A stretch of 64,000 nucleotides of DNA from an uncultured bacterium (GCA_963717085.1 CAVQVM010000022.1:92620-156619), one strand, 5' to 3'; positions 27,841 through 38,571 are shown, counted from the first letter of the stretch. Notes: generated from the sequence alone by a model not told the origin. Program-made: numbers and translations.

Positions 27841-29937
27841 ATGACGTCGTACGGCTCGTGGACCACCCCCATCACGTCGGAGCTCGTCGTCCGTGCGGCG
27901 GCGGTGCTCGGCGCCGTCGCGGTCGACGGCGACAGCGTCTGGTGGTCAGAGCTCCGCCCCGAGGAGGGGGGGCGCACGCAGGTCGTCCACAAGCTCGGCG
28001 ACGGCCCTGCCGTGGACCTGCTGCCCGCCGGGTTCAACGCCCGCACCGCCGTCCACGAGTACGGCGGCGGGGCGTGGTGGGTGCGGGGTCACAGCCTGTG
28101 GTTCGCCAACTGGGAGGACCAGCGCCTGTATCGCCTGACCGGGCGGGCGATGCCCGTTCCGGTGGTGGCCGAGCCCGACGCACCGCGAGGAGATCGCTGG
28201 GCCGACGGCGAGGTGGACGCGTCGGGTCGGTGGATCGTCGTCGTGCGCGAGCACCACGCCGGGGCGAGCGCGGCCGAGGTGGTCAACGAGCTGGTGGTGG
28301 TCGACGGCAACGGCGAGCTCGAGCCCCGTGCGCTGGTCAGCGGGCCCGACTTCGTCTCCAACTCCCGGCTCTCGCCCGACGGCGCCCGGCTGTGCTGGCT
28401 GCAGTGGAGCCACCCGGACATGCCCTGGGACGGCACCGAGCTGATGGTGGCGTCGGTCGAGTGGACCGCCACCGGCCCGCGGCTCGACAGCCCGGTGGTG
28501 GTGGCCGGGCGGCCCCACCGTGCCCCGGGCGGGACGGGCGGCGGCGAATCGGTGTTCCAGCCCCGATGGCACCCGGACGGATCGCTGTGGTTCGTTTCCG
28601 ACCGCACGGGCTGGGGCAACCTCTACCGCTGGGTCCCGGATGAGGCTGGCGGCGAGGTCGAGCCCCGGGTCCAGATGGAGGCGGAGATCGGCGCGCCTCA
28701 GTGGGTGTTCGGCCAGTCGCGCTACGCGTTCCTGGACGACGGGCGGGTCGTGTTCGCCTACCAGAGCGACGGGCTGGACCACCTGGCCGTGGAGGCGCCC
28801 AACGGTCCTGAGGCCGCGCCGGCAGGCGAGGCCGGGGCCCGAGCGGCCCGCAGCGAAGCTGCAAGAGCGGGACACGCGGCGCGCCCAGCCGGCGACCTCG
28901 ACGTGCCGTACACGGCGATCGCCTCGGTGGAGGCGGTGGGGGACGGTGTGGTGTTCATCGGGGCTTCGGCGGTAGCCGAGCCCGCCGTGGTGCGCGTGCC
29001 GCTGCTGCCGGCGGGCGACGAGCCCGGTGGGGCCAGGGCCGGAGCACCCGAGATCATTCGCCCTCCCCGCGACCTGGGCCTGGACCCGTCCTGGTTCTCC
29101 GTGCCCGAGGCCATTGACTTCCCCACCAGCGGCGGTCGCACCGCTCACGCGCTGTTCTATCCCCCGACCAACCCGGACGCCGCCGGGCGTGAAGCAGGCG
29201 GCGACCGGCCGCCGCTACTCGTCTTCATCCACGGCGGTCCGACGGGGGCAGCCAGGCCGATGCTCCAGCTCGGCATCCAGTACTGGACCAGCCGCGGCTT
29301 CGCGGTCGTCGACGTCAACTACGGCGGCTCGAGCGGTTACGGCCGCGAGTACCTTCGCCAGCTCGACGACAACTGGGGCATCATCGATCTCGACGACTGC
29401 GTGGCCGCGGCCCGGTGGCTGGCCGACCAGGGCCGGGTCGACCCCGACCGGCTGGCGATCCGCGGGGGCTCGGCCGGTGGCTACACGACCCTGGCGGCCC
29501 TGGCGTTCCGCGACACGTTCGCCGCGGGCGCCAGCCACTTCGGGGTCGCCGACCTCGAGGCCCTGGCAACCGAGACCCACAAGTTCGAGAGCCGCTACCT
29601 CGACGGCCTGATCGGGCCGTACCCGGAGCGGCGCGACCTGTACGTGGAGCGCTCGCCGATCCACCACGTCGAGGGGATCGACCGCCCGCTCATCGTGCTC
29701 CAGGGCCTGGAGGACGAGGTCGTGCCGCCCAACCAGGCCGAGATGATCGTCGACGCCCTGCGCCGCAAGGGCGTGCCGGTCGCCTACCTGACCTTCGAGG
29801 GCGAGCAACACGGGTTCCGCCAAGCGGCCAACATCCGCCGGGCGCTCGACGCCGAGCTGTCGTTCTACGGCCAGGTCTTCGGCTTCGAGCCACCCGAGGA
29901 CGAGGGCATCGAGCCCGTCACCGTCGAGAACCTCTAG
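27841..29937 (+). CDS. S9-family serine peptidase (prolyl oligopeptidase / acylaminoacyl-peptidase-like)
   Basis: N-terminal propeller-like region. C-terminal alpha/beta hydrolase with GGSAGGY nucleophile elbow, then LQGLEDEVVP and EGEQHGF (Asp/His region). Confidence 0.8.
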   Translation: MTSYGSWTTPITSELVVRAAAVLGAVAVDGDSVWWSELRPEEGGRTQVVHKLGDGPAVDLLPAGFNARTAVHEYGGGAWWVRGHSLWFANWEDQRLYRLTGRAMPVPVVAEPDAPRGDRWADGEVDASGRWIVVVREHHAGASAAEVVNELVVVDGNGELEPRALVSGPDFVSNSRLSPDGARLCWLQWSHPDMPWDGTELMVASVEWTATGPRLDSPVVVAGRPHRAPGGTGGGESVFQPRWHPDGSLWFVSDRTGWGNLYRWVPDEAGGEVEPRVQMEAEIGAPQWVFGQSRYAFLDDGRVVFAYQSDGLDHLAVEAPNGPEAAPAGEAGARAARSEAARAGHAARPAGDLDVPYTAIASVEAVGDGVVFIGASAVAEPAVVRVPLLPAGDEPGGARAGAPEIIRPPRDLGLDPSWFSVPEAIDFPTSGGRTAHALFYPPTNPDAAGREAGGDRPPLLVFIHGGPTGAARPMLQLGIQYWTSRGFAVVDVNYGGSSGYGREYLRQLDDNWGIIDLDDCVAAARWLADQGRVDPDRLAIRGGSAGGYTTLAALAFRDTFAAGASHFGVADLEALATETHKFESRYLDGLIGPYPERRDLYVERSPIHHVEGIDRPLIVLQGLEDEVVPPNQAEMIVDALRRKGVPVAYLTFEGEQHGFRQAANIRRALDAELSFYGQVFGFEPPEDEGIEPVTVENL
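28837..28874 (+). repeat. Family C b-type unit embedded in-frame in the S9 peptidase gene
   Basis: GCCCGAGCGGCCCGCAGCGAAGCTGCAAGAGCGGGACA versus the array unit GCCCGAGCGGCCCGGCGCGAAGCGCCAAGAGCGGGAAG. The hairpin stem is changed by paired substitutions. Confidence 0.65.
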
Positions 29938-29943
29938 GGACCT

Positions 29944-30072
29944 GAGCGGATAGGCACGCAGTCTTCAGTCACCGTGGTCAGCGCTACCGGAGGCCGAGCG
30001 GTGTGGCCTGGGGTCACGCTGCAAATCCCGTGCTGTTCTGTGCCCACATGCGGGCCTATCCGCTCGGCCTCT
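29944..30072. repeat. ~130-bp structured element, copy 2 (family B), with 12-bp terminal inverted repeats
   Basis: GAGCGGATAGGC (29944-55) and GCCTATCCGCTC (30054-65). Internal GAGGCCGAGCGG (29990-30001) is complementary to CCGCTCGGCCTC (30060-71). The element starts 7 nt after the S9 peptidase stop. Confidence 0.8.
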
Positions 30073-30214
30073 AACTCGACAGCCCGTAACGGCTCTGGAC
30101 TCCGGCGCGGTCTATGAGGGTACGGCTGGGATGGGCGCGCCGTCGAGGCAGCGGCTGGGGAAGATCGGCCCCGCGCCCCACGACCGGGCTGGACCGCAGG
30201 AGGACCCAATCTCC

Positions 30215-30469
30215 ATGGCAGAGCAAACCCGGCAGGAGGCAGTCGATCAGGTCGCCGACAGCCTCGCCGCCGCCGTACACCTCACCCACGACCGGTGGGA
30301 GCAGATCCAGGGTGACGAGCGGATGCGTGGCGTCGTGTTCTTCGCCCGCCACTGCCTCGAGGCGCTGGACCTCGACAACCCACCGGTCGCCGACCGGGCG
30401 CTCTCCAAGATGGATGCCGCCTGGGCGCTCATCGGCGACGGCGTGGAGGCCGAGGACGAAAAGGGCTAG
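30215..30469 (+). CDS. Small acidic hypothetical protein (84 aa)
   Basis: Balanced, non-GC-artefact composition from MAEQTRQEAVDQV. GGAGG lies ~11 nt upstream. No family recognised. Confidence 0.45.
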   Translation: MAEQTRQEAVDQVADSLAAAVHLTHDRWEQIQGDERMRGVVFFARHCLEALDLDNPPVADRALSKMDAAWALIGDGVEAEDEKG

Positions 30470-30536
30470 TGGGGCGATCCTCGTGCCCACCGCCGACTGA
30501 GGCCCTGGACAGTGCCCTGACTAGGGTGTTCCCGCT

Positions 30537-32099
30537 ATGGCGCGGATCCTCGTCACCGAGCAGATCGCCGACGGCGGGCTCCAGCAGCTGCGTGATGCCG
30601 GCCACGTCGTGGACGTCCGGCTCGGCCTGGAGCCCGACGAGTTGGCTGAGGTGCTCCCCGGCGCCGCGGCGCTGATCATCCGGTCGGCCACCCAGGTGAC
30701 CCGCAAGGTGCTCGAAGCCGGCACCGATCTCGTGGTCGTGGGCCGGGCGGGCATCGGCCTCGACAACGTCGACGTCGAGGCCGCTACCCAGCGTGGCGTC
30801 ATGGTGGTCAACGCACCGCAATCCAACGTCCTCTCGGCCGCCGAGCACACGATGGCCCTGCTCCTGGCGCAGGCCCGCAACATTCCCCAGGCCCATTGGG
30901 CGCTCAGCGAGGGGCGCTGGGAGCGCTCGAAGTGGGAGGGCGTCGAGCTCGCCGACAAGACGCTCGGCATCGTCGGGCTCGGCCGCATCGGCAAGCTGGT
31001 GGCCCAGCGGGCGCTGGCGTTCGGCATGCGGCTGGTGGCGTATGACCCGTTCGTGTCGGCCGAGCGCGCCCGCCAGCTCTCCGTGGAGCTGCTCCCCCTC
31101 GAGCGCCTCGTCCAGGTGGCCGACTTCGTGACCCTGCACGTGGCCAAGACGCCGGACACCGCCGGCATGATCGGCAAGGACCTGCTGGCGCTGGCCAAGC
31201 CGGGGATCCGCATCATCAACGTTGCCCGCGGCGGCATCGTCGACGAGGCGGCCCTGGCCGAGGCGATCCGTGCCGGTCGGGTGGCCGGGGCGGCGCTGGA
31301 CGTCTTCGCGGCCGAGCCGACCACCGAGTCGCCGCTGTTCGGCCTGCCGCAGGTGGTGGTCACGCCTCACCTCGGTGCCAGCACGCGCGAAGCGCAGGAC
31401 AAGGCCGGCGACACGATTGCCGAGCAGGTGGCGCTGGCACTGGGCGACGAGTTCGTGCCGTTCGCGGTGAACGTGAGCGCCGCCGAGGCCTCGGAGACCG
31501 TCCGGCCGTTCCTGCCCCTGGCCGAGCGCCTGGGCGAGCTCTACAGCGGCCTGGTCGAGCGCGTGCCCGAGGTCCTCGAGGTCGAGTACGCCGGCCAGCT
31601 CGCCGACTACGACACCCGCATCCTCACCCTCTCGGTGCTCAAGGGCGTGTTCGGGCGGGTGACCGACGAGCCGGTCTCCTACGTGAACGCGCCGCGCATC
31701 GCCAGCGATCGGGGGGTCGAGGTGCGGGACACGTCGACGGCTACCGCCCATGACTACGTCAACCTGGTGACCATCCGGGGCGGCGACCACGCCATCGGTG
31801 GCACCCTCGTCGGCCTGCGGACCGAGCCCCGGATCGTCATGCTGGACGGCCACACGATCGACCTGCCGCCGGCCAAGAACATGCTGGTCGTTCGCAACGA
31901 CGATCACCCCGGCATGATCGCCTTCGTGGCCGGAGTTTTGGCCGACGCCGGGGTCAACATCGACGACATGCACCTCGGGCGGTCGGACCGGGGCGAGGCG
32001 GCTCTCCAGGTGATCGCCACCGACGTCGCGGTGCCGCCCGAGGTCCAGAACGCCATCCGGGCCGGCGACGGCGTCGTCTCGGTGCACGCCCTCAGCTGA
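30537..32099 (+). CDS. serA: D-3-phosphoglycerate dehydrogenase (long form with ACT domain)
   Basis: GIVGLGRIGKLVA NAD motif; 520 aa; C-terminal ACT-like NDDHPGMIAFVAGVLADAGVNI. Confidence 0.95.
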   Translation: MARILVTEQIADGGLQQLRDAGHVVDVRLGLEPDELAEVLPGAAALIIRSATQVTRKVLEAGTDLVVVGRAGIGLDNVDVEAATQRGVMVVNAPQSNVLSAAEHTMALLLAQARNIPQAHWALSEGRWERSKWEGVELADKTLGIVGLGRIGKLVAQRALAFGMRLVAYDPFVSAERARQLSVELLPLERLVQVADFVTLHVAKTPDTAGMIGKDLLALAKPGIRIINVARGGIVDEAALAEAIRAGRVAGAALDVFAAEPTTESPLFGLPQVVVTPHLGASTREAQDKAGDTIAEQVALALGDEFVPFAVNVSAAEASETVRPFLPLAERLGELYSGLVERVPEVLEVEYAGQLADYDTRILTLSVLKGVFGRVTDEPVSYVNAPRIASDRGVEVRDTSTATAHDYVNLVTIRGGDHAIGGTLVGLRTEPRIVMLDGHTIDLPPAKNMLVVRNDDHPGMIAFVAGVLADAGVNIDDMHLGRSDRGEAALQVIATDVAVPPEVQNAIRAGDGVVSVHALS

Positions 32100-32151
32100 C
32101 GCGGCCCCTCGGCCCAGGCACCTCGGCGGAATGCCGGCTGTGGCCGGCGGG

Positions 32152-32691
32152 TCAGCTCGTGCCGCCGCTGTCGCCGTCGCTGCCGGGATCGCTGGACGGC
32201 GCCGGCGCCTTCTTGGCCGAGGGGGCCTTCTTGGTCCCCGCCTTCTTGGCCGGCGCCTTCTTTGCCGAGGCGGATGGCGGTGCCTTGCGGGCCGCGGTCT
32301 TCTTGGCCGGCGCCTTCTTGGCTGGCGCCTTGTCCGCGGCCACCTTCTTCGCCGGCGCCTTTGCCGGCGTTGCCTTCGCCGTCGTCGCGTTGGTTGCCGG
32401 TGCCTTTGTCGTCGCGGCAGTGGCGGTCGCCGTCGTAGAGGTCGCCGCGGTGGCTGCCGGCGCCTTGGGCGCCCGGGACTCCGTCGCGACGGGCGACGTC
32501 GCAGGCTCGGACTCGGATGATGATCCAGGGCGGCGCGGCGCGGGCTCAGGCGTCGACCGCTGCTGCCGCATGAACCGGAGCAGCGCCTGGACCGCGGCCC
32601 CGAGCAGTACCACCAGACCCACGCGGAACAGTCGGCGACTCACGGCTCCCGAGGCTAACCCCTCGGCGACCCCCCCTCGACTGAACCACAC
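32152..32691 (-). CDS. Membrane-anchored protein with a histone-H1/HupB-tail-like Ala/Lys/Pro repeat region
   Basis: N-terminal hydrophobic helix LFRVGLVVLLGAAVQALL, then many (P)AKKA / KAPAKK repeats. The opposite-strand ORF 32159..32857 is an Ala/Phe/Gly artefact. Confidence 0.5.
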   Translation of the reverse strand: MWFSRGGVAEGLASGAVSRRLFRVGLVVLLGAAVQALLRFMRQQRSTPEPAPRRPGSSSESEPATSPVATESRAPKAPAATAATSTTATATAATTKAPATNATTAKATPAKAPAKKVAADKAPAKKAPAKKTAARKAPPSASAKKAPAKKAGTKKAPSAKKAPAPSSDPGSDGDSGGTS

Positions 32692-32738
32692 ACGAACGCG
32701 CCGACCTGCCTTGACGTCGGGCGCCGGGCTCCGGCACC

Positions 32739-32783
32739 ATGACGTCGATGCGCCTGCACACCGCCGGCCTGCTTCTTACCTGA
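32739..32783 (+). CDS. leuA leader peptide MTSMRLHTAGLLLT (14 codons)
   Basis: Three consecutive Leu codons (CTG CTT CTT) just before the stop, plus one earlier Leu. Followed by hairpins and a terminator; 103 nt upstream of leuA. Confidence 0.6.
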   Translation: MTSMRLHTAGLLLT

Positions 32784-34568
<1,785 letters not shown>

Positions 34569-34787
34569 CGCGCCGGGCGCTCGCCGCTCCGCCCACCTAC
34601 CACTCAGCGCGCGTTCGTCACCACATTGTCACGTGTAACCGATGTCACATCCGGTTAAGGTTCGGACGCCCAAATGACCGCAGCGAACGCCGAGCAGGTG
34701 CCTCGGGCCTGGGCCGGGTACCTGTGACGGGTCCCTCCCGCCGGCGATCTCCAAGATCGTCGACGGGAGGGCGGTCGCTACCAGGCA

Positions 34788-36305
34788 GTGGGCTGCGGGC
34801 GGCGCGGATCCGGTCCGTCTCTGGCGGTGTGTCATCCTGCGGGCTGCGTGGACCGCCGCCGCCTGATCATCGCCGTCGGAGCCTCGCTGTCGATCACGGC
34901 GGTGGTGGCGGCCACGGTGATCACCGCACGGGACGGATCGACCGCGTCGTCGGCCGCCTCCACCGCCACTACGACGACCACCACCGCGGCTCCGGCCGGG
35001 CGGGCGGGGGCCGACGGCGTCGGCGACCCCTACTTTCCCGACGCCGGCAACGGCGGCTACGACGTCGACCACTACGTACTCGAGCTCACGTGGGACCCGA
35101 CCCGCCAGCACCTCGAGGGCACCACCACCATCCGCGCCGTCGCCACCGAGGCGCTGGCCAGCTTCTCCCTGGACCTGATCGGGCTGGATGTCACGGCGGT
35201 CGACGTCGACGACGGCCCGGCGCGTTGGGAGCGCCCCGACGATCACGAGCTCGTCGTGACGCCTGCCCGCACGCTGCCGGCGGAGGCGACGTTCACGACC
35301 GTGGTCCGCTACGACGGCACGCCTGCGCCCATCGCCGGTCCCGCGCCGCTCGAGCCCGGGTTCAGGACCGACGGGCGCGAGGTGTACGTGGCGTCCGAGC
35401 CCAACGGCGCCGCCACGTTCTTCCCCTCCAACGACCACCCCACCGACAAGGCCACGTACGAGATCCGCGTGACGGTCCCCGATGACCTGGACGTGGCGGC
35501 CAACGGGTTGCTGCGGGAGACGATCCCGGACGCCGGCGTCGGTACCGAGACCTGGGTCTTCGAGGCCCCGGATCTCATGGCCACCTACCTGGTGCAGGTC
35601 GTGGTCGGCAACCTCCGCGTCGAGCAGCTGACGGGCCCCGCCGGGCTCCCGATCCGCAACGTGTACGACGCTGACGCGGGGGACGGTGTGCGGGCCGCCT
35701 TCGAACCGCAGGGCGAGATGATCGGCTTCTTCGACGACCTGTTCGGACCCTTCCCCTTCGCGACGTACGGGGCCGTGGTCGTCGACGAGGACCTGGGGTT
35801 CGCCCTCGAGACCCAAACCCTGTCGCTGTTCGGGACCGACGTGGCGGGGGAGCCTGTCGTCGCCCACGAGCTGGCGCACCAGTGGTTCGGTGACCACGTC
35901 AGCGTCGCAAGCTGGGCGGACATCTGGCTCAACGAGGGGTTCGCCACCTATGCCCAGTGGCTCTGGTCCGAGCACCGGGGCGCGGGCACCGTCGACGAGA
36001 TGGCGCTGGCGTCGGCCCGCACCCCGGGGCTCGACGTGCCGCCCGCGGACCCCGGGCCAGACCAGCTGTTCCACGCCACCGTGTACCTGCGGGGCGCGCT
36101 CACCCTGCACGTGCTCCGGCACGAGTTGGGCGACGATGCTTTCTTCGAGGTGCTGCGCACCTGGGTCGACCGCTACGGCGGTGCGTCGGCCACGTCGGCC
36201 GACTTCGAGGCCCTCGCCGGAGAGGTCAGCGGCCGCGACCTGCGCCCCCTGTTCGACGCGTGGCTGCGCGCCCCGGGCCTCCCGGCCCTCGCGGACTGGC
36301 TTTGA
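34788..36305 (+). CDS. M1-family zinc aminopeptidase
   Basis: HELAHQWFG...WLNEGFATY (HEXXH-18-E). N-terminal hydrophobic anchor LIIAVGASLSITAVVAATVI. Confidence 0.85.
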   Translation: MGCGRRGSGPSLAVCHPAGCVDRRRLIIAVGASLSITAVVAATVITARDGSTASSAASTATTTTTTAAPAGRAGADGVGDPYFPDAGNGGYDVDHYVLELTWDPTRQHLEGTTTIRAVATEALASFSLDLIGLDVTAVDVDDGPARWERPDDHELVVTPARTLPAEATFTTVVRYDGTPAPIAGPAPLEPGFRTDGREVYVASEPNGAATFFPSNDHPTDKATYEIRVTVPDDLDVAANGLLRETIPDAGVGTETWVFEAPDLMATYLVQVVVGNLRVEQLTGPAGLPIRNVYDADAGDGVRAAFEPQGEMIGFFDDLFGPFPFATYGAVVVDEDLGFALETQTLSLFGTDVAGEPVVAHELAHQWFGDHVSVASWADIWLNEGFATYAQWLWSEHRGAGTVDEMALASARTPGLDVPPADPGPDQLFHATVYLRGALTLHVLRHELGDDAFFEVLRTWVDRYGGASATSADFEALAGEVSGRDLRPLFDAWLRAPGLPALADWL

Positions 36306-36386
36306 CGGCCGACGTGTGCGTGCAACGGTCCACTAGTGTCCCGGCGGGCCGGGCCAGCATCGGGTGGCTAGATCCAGGAGAGCTTC

Positions 36387-36707
36387 GTGAGTGAGCAGGC
36401 AAGCCTCGAGATCGTCGAACGGTCCGGTCGCATCGCTGCGGCCCGGCTGGCCGGGGACCTCGACATCGTGACCTCCGAGAGCGTGAAGCGCGAGCTCGCA
36501 GGGCTGGTCGACGCCGGCCACGACTCGCTGGTGCTCGACCTCTCGAATGTGGGTTTTGTCGACTCCAGCGGACTCGGCGCGCTTGTGGCCCTGCACCGGC
36601 ATGCCGAGTCCCAGGGCGGACGGTTCTCGGTCCGGGCCGTGCCCCCGCAGGTGCAGCGCCTGTTCGCCATCACCCGCCTGGATGACCTCCTCGCCGTCGA
36701 GGCCTAG
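36387..36707 (+). CDS. STAS-domain anti-sigma-factor antagonist
   Basis: LVLDLSNVGFVDSSGLGALVAL (conserved phospho-Ser context). 106 aa. Confidence 0.8.
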   Translation: MSEQASLEIVERSGRIAAARLAGDLDIVTSESVKRELAGLVDAGHDSLVLDLSNVGFVDSSGLGALVALHRHAESQGGRFSVRAVPPQVQRLFAITRLDDLLAVEA

Positions 36708-36718
36708 CCCCCCGCACT

Positions 36719-36760
36719 CTTTGAAGAAAAACGGGGTCAGAGGCCCGAAAATCTTCAAAG
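36719..36760. terminator. AT-rich inverted repeat between convergent STAS and sigma genes
   Basis: CTTTGAAGA (36719-27) and TCTTCAAAG (36752-60) flank an A-rich loop. This is the only strongly AT-rich stretch locally. Confidence 0.5.
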
Positions 36761-36768
36761 TCGTCGTG

Positions 36769-37527
36769 TCAGCGGTCGAGCACCTCGCGGAGCTCGAGCA
36801 GGCAGCGGCGGATGAGCCGCGAGACGTGCATCTGGCTGATGCCGAGGCGCTCGGCGATCTCGCTCTGGGTCAGCTCGTCGTAGAAGCGCAGGCGCACGAT
36901 CTCGGCCTCCCGCGGCGGCAGCATGTCGAGCAGCTGGCCGACCAGCAGGCGCAGCTCCACGGGCCGGCTGGGCGGCTCGGTGCCCGGTAGGCGCTCCGCG
37001 AGGGAGGTTCCCTCCTCGTCACCCGGGCGCCGGGCATCCAGGCTCGCCGCCCGATAGGCGGCCCCGGCCTCCATGGCCTCGAGCACCTCGTCCTCGGAGA
37101 TCTCCAGCTCGGTTGCCAGTTCGTTGACCGTCGGCGGCCGGCCCAGGTTCGCCGACATGGTGCCGGTGGCCCGGCGGAGGTCGAGGTGGCGCTCCTGCGT
37201 GCTGCGCGGCGGGCGGACCGCCCATGTGCGGTCGCGGAAGTAGCGCTTGATCTCCCCGTTGACGGTGCGGCTGGCGAAGGAGGAAAAAGGGATGCCCCGG
37301 TCGGGGTCGAACCGCTCGACCGCCTTGAGGATGCCCAGCATGGCGATCTGCACCAGGTCGTCGAGGTCGACGCCGCGGCCGCGGTAGTCGTTGGCGATCC
37401 GCGCCGCCAGCCCCCGGTGGGCCTCGACCAGCTCGTTCCGGACGGACCTCTCCTGGGTGTCCCGGAAGTCGCGAAAGCGCCGATCGAGAATCTCCTCGGG
37501 CTCGTCGGGCTCGCGCAGGTCGGTCAT
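36769..37527 (-). CDS. RNA polymerase sigma factor, SigB/SigF-like (group 3)
   Basis: Region 2: DDLVQIAMLGILKAVERFD. Region 4 HTH: LTQSEIAERLGISQMHVSRL. 252 aa from MTDLREPDE. Confidence 0.85.
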   Translation of the reverse strand: MTDLREPDEPEEILDRRFRDFRDTQERSVRNELVEAHRGLAARIANDYRGRGVDLDDLVQIAMLGILKAVERFDPDRGIPFSSFASRTVNGEIKRYFRDRTWAVRPPRSTQERHLDLRRATGTMSANLGRPPTVNELATELEISEDEVLEAMEAGAAYRAASLDARRPGDEEGTSLAERLPGTEPPSRPVELRLLVGQLLDMLPPREAEIVRLRFYDELTQSEIAERLGISQMHVSRLIRRCLLELREVLDR

Positions 37528-37946
37528 GCGGGGCGGGCGCGCTTCACCAGCCGGAAGCGGCGACCGGCCTGATCGGCCTCGAACGCATGGACGTCGACGA
37601 CCACGCGCAGGATCTCGAGGGCGATGTCGTCGACCGCGGGAGGGGCATTCCACCCGGGAGAGCCGGCCGCGTCGGTCGCCGCCGAGGAGGCCGGACCGGC
37701 CTCGCCGTGACCTTCCACGGTCACCTCGCCGGGCGCGCTGAGGTACGTCACCTGGATTGACAGCCCGGGGTCCTCGACGCCGTCGACCAAGAGCGCGACG
37801 AGCTCGCTGACCGCGATGCGAAGGTCTTCGGTGTCGTCGATGCTGAAGCCCGCCTCGGCACCGACACCGCTCGCCACCAGGCGGGCGAGCCGGACTGAGC
37901 TGCGCTCGGCGGGGGCGGTGAGCTGAACGGGTCGTACAGAGTTCAT
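37524..37946 (-). CDS. Putative anti-sigma factor (degenerate RsbW/HATPase-like), translationally coupled to the sigma gene
   Basis: 140 aa. The stop overlaps the sigma ATG (ATGA). Resembles RsbW-type proteins at DLRIAVSELVALLVDG but lacks the N-box Asn/His and a G-box. Confidence 0.45.
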   Translation of the reverse strand: MNSVRPVQLTAPAERSSVRLARLVASGVGAEAGFSIDDTEDLRIAVSELVALLVDGVEDPGLSIQVTYLSAPGEVTVEGHGEAGPASSAATDAAGSPGWNAPPAVDDIALEILRVVVDVHAFEADQAGRRFRLVKRARPA

Positions 37947-38103
37947 GCGCCACCTACACGCGATCGGGTCGACAAGAGCGTCCCCCGACACTACGTCGCC
38001 GTGCGTAGGCCAACGCCGAGGCACGCGCAAGGTGCACACTGAGTGGTCGTCACGACGGAACGTAGCGTTTGGCTCGTCAAGACCGGGGGTACGGCGACCG
38101 GCG

Positions 38104-38571
38104 GTGGACGTTCGGACCAGCACCAGCTTGCGGCGACAGCCGGCTGCGGTCCCGGCGGCGCGCGCCTTCGTCGGCCACGCCTTGCGGTCGGCCGACGTGC
38201 CACGAGACGTGGCCGAGAGCCTCGTGCAGGCTGTTGCCGAAGCGTGCAACAACGCCATCCTGCACGCCGCCGGCGAGACGTTCAGCGTGTCGGTCAACGT
38301 CCAGGAAACTGCCTGCACGCTGATCATCAGCGATCTCGGCCGCGGTTTCGAGCCGCCCGAGCACGCCCGGATGCCGTCTCCCGACGCCGTTGATCACCGC
38401 GGTCTGGCGCTGATGGAGGCCCTCGTCGACCATGTGAAGGTGTCCAGCACCCCGGCAGGGACCACCGTCGTGCTCGTGCACGAGACGCCCACCGCGTCGC
38501 CGAACGGTCGTCCTCCGCCGCCGGCGACGTCGTCGCTGGCTCGCTCGGAGCGATTGGTCGCCGGGAGCTAG
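38104..38571 (+). CDS. Anti-sigma regulatory factor / Ser-protein kinase (HATPase_c, RsbW/SpoIIAB-like)
   Basis: N-box EACNNAILHA and G1 box DLGRGF. Start (GTG 38104) is uncertain. Confidence 0.65.
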   Translation: MDVRTSTSLRRQPAAVPAARAFVGHALRSADVPRDVAESLVQAVAEACNNAILHAAGETFSVSVNVQETACTLIISDLGRGFEPPEHARMPSPDAVDHRGLALMEALVDHVKVSSTPAGTTVVLVHETPTASPNGRPPPPATSSLARSERLVAGS

